Positions 9,257-17,278 are shown, counted from the first letter of the stretch. The stretch: DNA of 64,000 bases from Patescibacteria group bacterium (GCA_028717685.1 JAQUNI010000002.1:71903-135902); one strand, 5' to 3'. The notes: a model not told the origin generated them from the sequence alone. Numbers and translations are program-made.

Positions 9257-10465
9257 CTATTTTTTAGTATTAATATCCCGATCTTCATTATTATCTTCTT
9301 CAATAATCTCGGGATTTTCTACCACAATTTCGTCTTTGTTTTCTTCTTTATTATCATTGTCTCCATCTGCGCCTATAGGTTTTTTTAAGTCTTTATCACT
9401 AATGTCATGATCAGAAAGTTGGACATTAAACATCCTTTCGACTATGGCTTTCATTGCACTATTTTGGCCTGCTTGGAAAGAGCCAAGTAATTTAACACAC
9501 TCCCTATATACCTTTTCTTTTTCACCTAATTGTGCAATTTTCCATTCCTCTATCTTGTCTAATAATTTAAACATCTGATCAGGATATATTGCGATTTTCC
9601 CGGCCTCATCTTTAACGATATCTGCGATTCCTTTCCGGATATTGAGGTCTATTAGAGCCTTTTCTTCTGTTAATCTGTTAAGCATATCTTCTTGCATCAT
9701 TTTCAATGCGAAATTTGCTTCATCGTTCTTTCTTTTTTGTTCGGCCTCTTTATTTTGTATTTCCAATTTATGTACCGCTTCAGCTTTCGCAAGTATCATT
9801 GTTAGTTCGGCATCACGTTGTTTATTTTTCGCTTCATATTCGTTCTGCACATCTTTGATCTCTAAGCTCTGAATTAGTTCTGCCTTTTCAGTTTCTTTCT
9901 GTTGTTTATCCTTTGCTCTTTGTTCAATAAACGCAACCATTTGTTGATTCTCTGGGCGCATTTCATCAATCGCTATACTGATGACTTCAAAGCAAGATTT
10001 TGTATTGACCAAAAAGTTGTTTATTGCTTTTAGAACTTTTTCGTCAAAATCCTGCGATAAAGGAACGATATCTAAGTAATTAAACAGAGCGATGTTTTTT
10101 CTTAAAACATCACATATCTGATCAGTAAGTGATATTTCTTCTTGTTGGGAATTAACAACGATTCGTTTAATACTCTCATTATCCTCTTTGATTTTTACTT
10201 GGGCGTTAATTTTGCCTCTTAAAGCAATTTTATCTTGCGTGTGAAAATTGCCCACAAACGTAGCTTCCACATTTTGGGGTGTCATCTTGACAAAAGCCAG
10301 TCTGTCATAATTGCGGTTCCATTTCATTGGTATTGCGACTAACCCAATTTTTGCCACTGTGAGGGGAGTATTCCCATTCATAAATGCTAACCTTAATTCT
10401 TTAGTGGAATAATGTTCTTGAAGCCATTTCGGTTCTTTATAAGAAACCCAATTTATACTTGCCAT
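9257..10465 (-). CDS. SPFH/band-7-like domain protein with long coiled-coil and acidic tail
   Basis: TQDKIALRGKINAQVKI and FEVISIAIDEMRP resemble SPFH strands; AAGGAGG SD. Confidence 0.55.
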   Translation of the reverse strand: MASINWVSYKEPKWLQEHYSTKELRLAFMNGNTPLTVAKIGLVAIPMKWNRNYDRLAFVKMTPQNVEATFVGNFHTQDKIALRGKINAQVKIKEDNESIKRIVVNSQQEEISLTDQICDVLRKNIALFNYLDIVPLSQDFDEKVLKAINNFLVNTKSCFEVISIAIDEMRPENQQMVAFIEQRAKDKQQKETEKAELIQSLEIKDVQNEYEAKNKQRDAELTMILAKAEAVHKLEIQNKEAEQKRKNDEANFALKMMQEDMLNRLTEEKALIDLNIRKGIADIVKDEAGKIAIYPDQMFKLLDKIEEWKIAQLGEKEKVYRECVKLLGSFQAGQNSAMKAIVERMFNVQLSDHDISDKDLKKPIGADGDNDNKEENKDEIVVENPEIIEEDNNEDRDINTKK

Positions 10466-10694
10466 CTGAATTTCCTCCTTTTAAGTTGTGAAATGTACGA
10501 TCTATTCTATGCCTTATCAAACTTTAGCGTTTTTCTAGTTTACATGGAATTATAAGACATATATTTAAATTAGTCAATGATTTATATTTGACATAAGTAA
10601 TTTTCTATTATAATATCTAATGAAATCAGATCAAGATGGCACTTTATATAAAATAATATATTTTACTGACGTTTTCAAACTGGAGGTATAGACT

Positions 10695-11246
10695 ATGTCT
10701 GAACAAGATTTAGAGATTCGGGGTATCCACTATATTAAGCGGCCGAGAAGGCAAAAAATTCTTGCCACAATAATACTGCTATTTTGCTCCTTCGCATTTT
10801 TAACAGTGTTCATTTTGGCTAAAAATGTCTATAACAGACTGCATCGGGTTAATCGTCCAAGCACTATATCCTTAGAAAAGCCGGCGAGCTATGTCCCAGA
10901 AGAGGTTAAGGTTATCAGTTTTTCATTAACACCCACAACTAAGGAGGAATTGAAAGCAGAAGTTTATCCGAATAAGAAACTATATACCAAGCATTCGGGA
11001 AAGCATTTTTATCAAGAAGATGACGTTAAATCTGAAGGAAATATTTCAGAAAATAACTTAGAAGACAACGTCAATCAAGAAGACTCATCAGATAATGCTC
11101 AAGACGATACCCAAATTACAGCAGATTCTGTTGAAAGCTCTGCCTTTGATCCAGAATATCGTTCCAATGTTGAAGACAAAACGCAAAAGATCAATGCTTT
11201 ATTGGAAAGTGTTGACCAAAAGCTTCAAAGCGAAGGAGGAGATTAA
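10695..11246 (+). CDS. Hypothetical single-TM protein
   Basis: GGAGGT SD; hydrophobic segment at about aa 23-42; acidic C-terminal half. Confidence 0.75.
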   Translation: MSEQDLEIRGIHYIKRPRRQKILATIILLFCSFAFLTVFILAKNVYNRLHRVNRPSTISLEKPASYVPEEVKVISFSLTPTTKEELKAEVYPNKKLYTKHSGKHFYQEDDVKSEGNISENNLEDNVNQEDSSDNAQDDTQITADSVESSAFDPEYRSNVEDKTQKINALLESVDQKLQSEGGD

Positions 11247-11247
11247 G

Positions 11248-12291
11248 ATGAAAAGAGTAATATGTGTTCTAGCTATTGTTTTTGCCTGTTTAACTTTATT
11301 TATTCCAACGTCCTATAGTGTAACTAATCAAGAATTGCAGAAACAAATCAATGATCTTAGAGAAGCGTTAAATAATCATGTTGCGAATTGCGGCAATAAT
11401 AATGCCCAGTTTAAGAAGGATATGGAGTCAGCGCTTTCCCTACTTGAAAAAGCAATGCAACAGGTTGATACTTCGGCAAGTAACATCCAGTTAGTTCAGA
11501 AAGCCGTAGATGATCAGAGTAGGATTGTGCTCGCAGTGCAAAAAAAACAAGGCGAGCAAGATGCTAATGTTAAGAATATCCAAACCCAATATGTGAATCT
11601 TGAAAGTAAGGTGGATGCGTCTAACAGAAACCAGAAAGTAATTGCTGTGCAGGACCTTTTTGCCAAGAAACAGGAAGCTTTGGAAAAAGGGCAGTATGCT
11701 CTTGCGGAGAAATATGATGCTGCGATAGATGCTGCAACGAAAGAAGTTAGGCGGAAAAACCAAGTTGTGCGTTCATCCGATATTTCAGCAAATGTGGCGA
11801 GGACACGAGAGCGAGCAAAACAAGATAGCTTAAAAACCGAGGCAATAATTAGTCAGGCGTTAACTACGGCTGGTTTGAGAGAAGAGGATAGGGAGCTTCT
11901 TTGCCTTTATGATATTTATTCACAGGGATCTAGTTTGGGTCAATATAAAAGGTATCTTAAGGAAATTGATCAGGAGGCAAAGTTTACTCAGTTTGAACAG
12001 GTAGCAAGGCAACTTACTCAAGCGGGTATATTTAAACCAGGAATAGTGCGAATCAGGCTCGGAGAGAATAGTGGTACCGTAGTAGCGGATCCCCTTGATA
12101 TGCCGAGGATCTGCTCGAGAATGATAGCAAATTATAAAGAGAAAAGACTTACTAAACTCGGAGAGCCATATGTTACAAAAGTATCTCAAAAAGATCCGCC
12201 AAGAACTGCTTATAGAATTCAGCGAAAAGGTGCTGACCTCGATGGTTTCTATACAAAGATAGGTCGGAGCGGCAGAGATGATAGAGATTAG
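11248..12291 (+). CDS. Hypothetical secreted coiled-coil protein
   Basis: Start reassigned to MKRVICVLAIVF (GGAGGA SD, signal peptide, immediately after previous stop). Confidence 0.75.
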   Translation: MKRVICVLAIVFACLTLFIPTSYSVTNQELQKQINDLREALNNHVANCGNNNAQFKKDMESALSLLEKAMQQVDTSASNIQLVQKAVDDQSRIVLAVQKKQGEQDANVKNIQTQYVNLESKVDASNRNQKVIAVQDLFAKKQEALEKGQYALAEKYDAAIDAATKEVRRKNQVVRSSDISANVARTRERAKQDSLKTEAIISQALTTAGLREEDRELLCLYDIYSQGSSLGQYKRYLKEIDQEAKFTQFEQVARQLTQAGIFKPGIVRIRLGENSGTVVADPLDMPRICSRMIANYKEKRLTKLGEPYVTKVSQKDPPRTAYRIQRKGADLDGFYTKIGRSGRDDRD

Positions 12292-12328
12292 GAGGACAAC
12301 ATATATCCAGGCGTCTCTGTTACCTTAG

Positions 12329-12370
12329 GCTCTTGATTCAAGGCAATTGATATCAAGAGCTATTTTTTTT
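12329..12370 (+). terminator. Rho-independent terminator
   Basis: gctcttgat/atcaagagc stem plus T8. Confidence 0.75.
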
Positions 12371-12379
12371 AATGTCTTT

Positions 12380-12514
12380 ACCCCGTTAGAAACATGCCCC
12401 GCCCCGTTAGAAAATTTTTTCTAACGGGGCACGCAGCTAGGCTAGCGGTTAATATAGAAATATAGATAACTCGTGCGGTTGGGCTTAATGCCCCGCACGA
12501 GTTTCTAACGGGGT
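12380..12514. repeat. ACCCCGTTAGAAA...TTTCTAACGGGGT palindromic element with a nested inner copy (12401-12430)
   Basis: Perfect 13-bp terminal IR; relatives at 13273-13305, 24313-24374, 39401-39472, 48416-48494. Confidence 0.85.
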
Positions 12515-12541
12515 TGACAACCATTGGGGGTTTGGTAAAAT
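12514..12541 (+). promoter_or_regulatory. sigma70 promoter of the Leu leader unit
   Basis: TTGACA(12514-19)-16 bp-TAAAAT(12536-41) with TGn extension. Confidence 0.75.
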
Positions 12542-12553
12542 AGAATTAAGTAT

Positions 12554-12643
12554 ATGACTAATGTGATTTCTAAGTTTAATAATAGTTCAAAAAACCTAGC
12601 CTTATTGTTGGTGGGCGTTTTGTTGCTGCCACTCGCGGGCTAG
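12554..12643 (+). CDS. Leu-rich leader peptide MTNVISKFNNSSKNLALLLVGVLLLPLAG (29 aa)
   Basis: ATG 12 nt after the -10; 8 Leu in the last 15 codons; stop lies in attenuator segment 2. Confidence 0.8.
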   Translation: MTNVISKFNNSSKNLALLLVGVLLLPLAG

Positions 12644-12710
12644 GTTTTTTCAATGTTTCAAATATCAGAAAATAAAAATCTAGCCCGGGAAAGGCTAGTT
12701 TTTTGTTTTT
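12589..12710 (+). promoter_or_regulatory. Classical four-segment transcription attenuator
   Basis: 1 aaaaaacctagcc (12589-601), 2 gggctaggtttttt (12637-50), 3 aaaaatctagccc (12674-86), 4 ggctag plus T-tract (12693-710); 1:2, 2:3 and 3:4 pairings all possible. Confidence 0.8.
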
Positions 12711-12758
12711 GTTTTTTTGGTTCTTTACTTAATCAAATTTTGTGATAGGAGGTATAAT

Positions 12759-13145
12759 ATGTACTCTTTGGAGTATCTGCAGGTCCTTGCCGGAACTCAA
12801 ACACCAGTTGTTGTACTGGGTTTAAAGAATGGAGATGAAGTGTTAAAGGAAGCAGCTTGTTGTGGGGATAATCTGTTGGATGCGGTGTTTAAAGCGGTAA
12901 ATAAGATGACGGATATTAATGCTAAGTTTATTGAGTGTTCTTTAAAGGTTTTAATGAAAGGTAGGGATATGATGGCGGAAGCGGTTATACATATCGCAGT
13001 CAATGGCGGAAAAAGCATTGGTCGTGGCACAAGCAAAGATATTGTAGAAGCAAGCACCAAGGCCTATCTTGCCGCTGTTAATAATCTTAATGGGAATAAA
13101 AATTCCCATAGGGGAAAAGGATTCCCGGCCAACTGCAACAGGTGA
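12759..13145 (+). CDS. Stand-alone LeuA (2-isopropylmalate synthase) allosteric/dimerisation domain protein
   Basis: YSLEYLQVLAG...GDNLLDAVFKAV...GRGTSKDIVEASTKAYLAAVN matches the LeuA C-terminal domain; AGGAGGT SD before ATG 12759; no catalytic TIM barrel. Confidence 0.85.
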   Translation: MYSLEYLQVLAGTQTPVVVLGLKNGDEVLKEAACCGDNLLDAVFKAVNKMTDINAKFIECSLKVLMKGRDMMAEAVIHIAVNGGKSIGRGTSKDIVEASTKAYLAAVNNLNGNKNSHRGKGFPANCNR

Positions 13146-13396
13146 TAAAAGCAGTGTCCACTATTACCCCTTCAAAGTAGCAATCATCAAAGCTCACAAA
13201 GAGCGATCCTCTTTGCGGTGCCTAGAGTGTACCCGAGCAGTTATCCTGCACAATTGGGATAGCAGGTGATTCGCCATGTTAAAGAACTTCGTTCTCTAAC
13301 GGGGTTTGCTGCTTTGGGCAGGTTCGCTAAAAAAGAAGTTTTTTCTTTTTATGAACCTGCCTTTTTATTTTTTAGTTGTGTTCCACACTTTATGTT

Positions 13397-13441
13397 TTAT
13401 CCACAGTTTTATTTGACAAATATTTTTCTTTTAATTAGACT
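13397..13441 (+). promoter_or_regulatory. DnaA box plus sigma70 promoter of the second leader unit
   Basis: TTATCCACA (13397-405); TTGACA(13413-18)-17 bp-TAGACT(13436-41). Confidence 0.7.
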
Positions 13442-13450
13442 ATTAAAGGT

Positions 13451-13522
13451 ATGAATAACCTCAAGTTTCAAAAATATATCCGCACCATTAAATCCGATTT
13501 TCTGGACCGGCTAGTTTTGTGA
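13451..13522 (+). CDS. Putative leader peptide MNNLKFQKYIRTIKSDFLDRLVL (23 aa)
   Basis: ATG 9 nt after the -10; last codons overlap the antiterminator arm. Confidence 0.6.
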   Translation: MNNLKFQKYIRTIKSDFLDRLVL

Positions 13523-13584
13523 TGTGAAAACACAAATTAATCGTGAAACTAGCTGGTCTTGAAAAACAAGACCAGTTTTATTTT
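13505..13584 (+). promoter_or_regulatory. Antiterminator/terminator switch (attenuator 2)
   Basis: gaccggctagttt (13505-17) pairs with aaactagctggtc (13546-58), which overlaps terminator ctggtcttg-aaaaa-caagaccag-TTTT (13553-79). Confidence 0.75.
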
Positions 13585-13632
13585 GTTCATTTTCCGGAAT
13601 AATATAACAAATAGAAAGGAGGAAATGGGTTG

Positions 13633-13854
13633 ATGTCTAAAGATCCCCTGGAATCGTATCGTATGCAGATTGGCGAAGCATTGCGTTCTTTGCACATAGG
13701 AGAAATGACAGCAGAAGAATTTCGAAGATCCATTGAGAAGATTATTAATCAGGTATACAGCGATCCAGTAGTGCAGAATAATAGTTCTTTACATGTGGAC
13801 GGTTTAAAGCAATATGCCGCCACAGTATCTTCTTCTTGTGCGCCCGGAGAATAA
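13633..13854 (+). CDS. Small hypothetical protein (73 aa) downstream of attenuator 2
   Basis: GAAAGGAGG SD; start 13630 (TTG) or 13633 (ATG). Confidence 0.65.
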   Translation: MSKDPLESYRMQIGEALRSLHIGEMTAEEFRRSIEKIINQVYSDPVVQNNSSLHVDGLKQYAATVSSSCAPGE

Positions 13855-14198
13855 TTTTTTCTTCGGGTTTTTATTTAATTAAAAAATTTTTTCGTTTTAC
13901 ATTTTCATTTTGTTTTTCTCATTTTACATTTTTGATTTTTATAGTTTATCCACAATTTTTTATTTTAAAAACTTTTTTTTTGTTGTATAATAAAAACATC
14001 AAAGGAGGAAATGAAAATAAAAAGAAAAAAGTTCGCAAAAGTTTTTTACCTTCCTGCCTAAATTTTTTAAAAAAACTTTGGTGGGAAAGAGAAAATTTTT
14101 GAGGAAAAGTTTTTGAAGAAAGAAATCCTTTTGATTAAAATTATTTTTTTATTTTTTGTCGCAAAGATAAAAAATAATAAGAAGGGAGGTGATCGCAA

Positions 14199-14273
14199 AT
14201 GGCAAAAAAAAAGAAAGCTACAAAGAAGCGCAAAACCACGAAGAAGAAAACTGCGCGAAAGAAGAAACGTTAG
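14199..14273 (+). CDS. 24-aa highly basic peptide MAKKKKATKKRKTTKKKTARKKKR
   Basis: Full-length SD GGAGGTGAT; 13 Lys plus 3 Arg; below the ORF-track cutoff. Confidence 0.7.
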   Translation: MAKKKKATKKRKTTKKKTARKKKR

Positions 14274-14412
14274 AAAAAATGAATAAAGGGTGGGCTTATG
14301 GTGAGTATATCTTTTATGGTTGATCCGGGGTCGGGCAATTTCTTACTGTTTTTGCAGGATGATTTTTGGGTTAGAAAAAAAATCAATATCAAGATTTGAT
14401 TAAAGAGAGTCC

Positions 14413-14440
14413 TTGACAATATTTTATGGTGAGTTATAAT
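14413..14440 (+). promoter_or_regulatory. sigma70 promoter of the aromatic leader unit
   Basis: TTGACA(14413-18)-16 bp-TATAAT(14435-40), both consensus hexamers. Confidence 0.8.
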
Positions 14441-14453
14441 GCTTTTAAGAGCT

Positions 14454-14525
14454 ATGGAAAATAATATTTCACAAAATAATTTATTTTTTGATTTTTGGTT
14501 TTATAACCGACTTTCGCCGGCCTGA
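14454..14525 (+). CDS. Aromatic-rich leader peptide MENNISQNNLFFDFWFYNRLSPA (23 aa)
   Basis: ATG 13 nt after the -10; 6 aromatic residues in 7 consecutive codons; stop inside the antiterminator arm. Confidence 0.7.
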   Translation: MENNISQNNLFFDFWFYNRLSPA

Positions 14526-14597
14526 TTTTTAGCAGAGACAGGTTTAAAACCTGTCTTACACTAGAAACTAGACCGGCTAATTAAGCCGGTTTTTTTT
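14516..14597 (+). promoter_or_regulatory. Antiterminator/terminator switch (attenuator 3)
   Basis: gccggcctgatttttag (14516-32) pairs with ctagaaactagaccggc (14561-77), enclosing hairpin agacagg/cctgtct; terminator accggct-aatta-agccggt-T7 (14572-97). Confidence 0.75.
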
Positions 14598-14679
14598 GTT
14601 CTTTGAATTTAATAACGTTTGCAGGGTTTCGGTGGGTTAGTTTGGTAAAATTGACATTTCCAAAAAAGGAGAGATAAGA

Positions 14680-15963
14680 ATGTTGAATTTAGATTTTTTA
14701 GCGGAAAATTATCTTGGCAAATTCCCTCTGGAATTGAAGCGAGGAAAAAGATGGATTGGTGCGGAGCGCGAGTTTCCGGTTATTGATCAAGATGGCCAAC
14801 CTTTTGATGTGCGGAGTATTTTTCCTGTTTTAGTCCAAGGAGGATGGAAGCCTTATTATGATGATTGTTATTCTGATGTGGTCTTGGGGGTTGAGAAAGA
14901 CGGCGTAAACATTACGACCGACGCAGGCTATTGCACTTTAGAAGTTAGCCTTCCTCCTCTCCCAGACTTATGGAAGGTAGTAGGAGCCTTTAATGATTGC
15001 ATGCGCTATATTTGCAAAGTCATTTATAGGCATGGTGGGCTGGTGCTCGGATATGGCATTCAACCTTGCGCTGTTCCCAGTGATCTTTATTGGGTTAAGA
15101 AAGGGCGGCATGAAGTCGTGCGCACAAATTATCCAGAAAGTATTAATAATGTAACGATAACTGCGGCTCATCAAACCCATATTGATATTACGCAGGCGGA
15201 GGTTGTCCAGTTTACAAATGCATATAATGCTTTAGCTGGGTTAATGATTATTTTGTGCGCTAATTCGCCTGTTTGGTCAGGGGGTATTGATAAGAAGGGC
15301 CGACTAGCAGTGAGGGAGGACCATTGGAGTTTTTCTAATGGCGGCAGAGTGGGTGTGCCATATGAAAAGTTTCGGGATATAAATCACCTTATGAGTTATG
15401 TATGCGGTTTAAAGATGCTAGTTACTCAACGAGGCAAGGGCGAATATTTTGCTCCGGGAGTTAATTTTGGACAATATCTTTCTAATGACGGGGGAATAGA
15501 GTCTTTTGAATCTCGTTATCTTTTGCATGAAGGGACAGTTTGGTTTTGCGCGCGGCCGCGCGTGCCTTATGGAACCATAGAGGTGCGTCCTTGCTGCGCT
15601 CAGCCCCAGCAAGAAAACATGACAGTAGATGCTCTGACGCTTGGTATTGCAGAATTGATTGATGAGACAGAACGAGAGATTATTAACGACTTTTCCTGGC
15701 AGGACTGGCGGGCATTAAGAGAAGACGCCATCTTTTCCGGCTTTGACGCTAAGATAGGTGGCAGATCGGTTGTTCCATACCTGTCTAAACTTCTGGATTT
15801 AGCCGCAGAAGGGTTAGCCAAGAGAGGTTTATACGAGAAAAGTTTTTTAGCTCCTCTTTATGGAAGATTGGCAGCGAAACGTAATCCTGCTCACCAAGCA
15901 GTGGCTCTTTTTTCAACTGGCGGGACAAAGGTTTTAATTGATAAGCTTTGTTACCGTTTTTAG
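14680..15963 (+). CDS. Glutamate--cysteine ligase family 2 (GCS2/EgtA-like) carboxylate-amine ligase
   Basis: IGAEREF, TLEVS, HQTHID, ANSP, ARPR and TIEVR motifs. Confidence 0.8.
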   Translation: MLNLDFLAENYLGKFPLELKRGKRWIGAEREFPVIDQDGQPFDVRSIFPVLVQGGWKPYYDDCYSDVVLGVEKDGVNITTDAGYCTLEVSLPPLPDLWKVVGAFNDCMRYICKVIYRHGGLVLGYGIQPCAVPSDLYWVKKGRHEVVRTNYPESINNVTITAAHQTHIDITQAEVVQFTNAYNALAGLMIILCANSPVWSGGIDKKGRLAVREDHWSFSNGGRVGVPYEKFRDINHLMSYVCGLKMLVTQRGKGEYFAPGVNFGQYLSNDGGIESFESRYLLHEGTVWFCARPRVPYGTIEVRPCCAQPQQENMTVDALTLGIAELIDETEREIINDFSWQDWRALREDAIFSGFDAKIGGRSVVPYLSKLLDLAAEGLAKRGLYEKSFLAPLYGRLAAKRNPAHQAVALFSTGGTKVLIDKLCYRF

Positions 15964-15968
15964 TAGAT

Positions 15969-16016
15969 GGGGATTTGTTGGGTTATTTTTTCAAGGCAAC
16001 AAATCCCCCTATTTTT
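15969..16016 (+). terminator. Rho-independent terminator after the GCS2 gene
   Basis: ggggatttgttg/caacaaatcccc 12-bp stem followed by a T-rich tail. Confidence 0.75.
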
Positions 16017-16058
16017 AAAAATATTTATTTTTATATATTTAGATTTTATCTTAGTAAC

Positions 16059-17132
16059 ATGGTAAATCCAAAAAGATTACGCAATATATTTTTTAAGCTA
16101 GTTCGTATTGATAGCCCAACAGGCGAAGAGAATGAAGCGATTCGCGAGGTTTTAGATTATTTGCGAAGATTGCGTTTACGTCCGGTAAAAGATAAGGCGG
16201 GTAATATTTTTGTTTCCGTGCCGGGTCGAGGCACGCCTCTGCTTTTAGAAGCGCATTTAGATACAGTAGAGCCGGGACGAGGAATCATTCCTTATCAAAG
16301 GGACGAGTATTTTTATTCCGAGGGCGATAATATCTTGGGTGCGGATGATAAAGCCAGTGTAGCAATAATTTTAGAACTGTTAAATTTAATCCGCGAAAAT
16401 AATTTAAAGTGTCGACCTTTGGAAATTGTTTTTTCCACGGGAGAGGAGGGAGGATCGGTTGGAATTAGCAAATTTAATTTCCGTAAGATAAAAGCGCGGG
16501 AAGCAATTGGTATGGATAGGGCAAAAAGAGTGGGGATTATTACTTCCGCTTCGCCACACATCAAATCTTTTGAATTAACTATTATAGGTAAGTCCTCTCA
16601 TGCCGGAGCGGAGCCAGAAAAAGGGATCAATGCAATTGTACTCGCAGCCAAAGTAATCAGTCGGTTAGTAGTCGGTAGAATTGATCAGGAAACAACTTTT
16701 AATATTGGTTTAATTTCCGGCGGGCAAGGGACGAATATTGTTCCCGAGCAAGTGGTTTTTAAGGGAGATATTCGCAGCTTTAGTAGAGCCAAACTTGAGC
16801 GATCGATAAAGAAAATGAAGAAAGCAGCACAAGATGAATGTATTAAAGAGAAAGCACGCTATAAGTTAAAAATTGTTAGAGAGGTCGCGGGGTACAAACA
16901 CCGACCCTCCGATTCTTTAGTAAAACAAGTTTGTAAAGCGATGCGCAAAGTGGGAATTACTTCTGAACTTACTATTTCTACTGGCGCCTCTGATTTAAAT
17001 ATTATTAACGAGCATCAGATTAAAGCAGTAGAAATTGCAAACGGCGTCAGGGACGCTCATACTAAAAAAGAGCGAGTCAGAATTAAAGATTTAATCAAGA
17101 TAACGGAAATTTTATTAGAAATTATCAAGTGA
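16059..17132 (+). CDS. M20 family metallopeptidase (peptidase T-like)
   Basis: AHLDTV, LGADDK, GEE, GASD and DAHT metal-ligand motifs; start reassigned to ATG 16059. Confidence 0.9.
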   Translation: MVNPKRLRNIFFKLVRIDSPTGEENEAIREVLDYLRRLRLRPVKDKAGNIFVSVPGRGTPLLLEAHLDTVEPGRGIIPYQRDEYFYSEGDNILGADDKASVAIILELLNLIRENNLKCRPLEIVFSTGEEGGSVGISKFNFRKIKAREAIGMDRAKRVGIITSASPHIKSFELTIIGKSSHAGAEPEKGINAIVLAAKVISRLVVGRIDQETTFNIGLISGGQGTNIVPEQVVFKGDIRSFSRAKLERSIKKMKKAAQDECIKEKARYKLKIVREVAGYKHRPSDSLVKQVCKAMRKVGITSELTISTGASDLNIINEHQIKAVEIANGVRDAHTKKERVRIKDLIKITEILLEIIK

Positions 17133-17278
17133 TTTTTGCAAAAAATCATTAGTATTTTAGCTTGGTTTTATTTCCCTTATAAAATAAAAAAGACTCGGCG
17201 CAGATATTGATTTTTTTGAGCCAAGTCTCTATATGAAGTTATTGGACGAGGAGCGGTATTTTTTATGTATCAAAGTTT

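Noticed and set aside
13069-13269. Small ORF overlapping the end of the LeuA-domain gene
   Set aside because: No SD, substantial overlap and no recognisable family
14011-14061. 16-aa ORF MKIKRKKFAKVFYLPA after AGGAGG
   Set aside because: SD-ATG spacing is only 2 nt and no associated terminator switch was found
13380-14180. Replication origin
   Set aside because: AT-rich with only two perfect DnaA boxes about 550 bp apart, no dnaA/dnaN nearby, and the region contains expressed-looking ORFs
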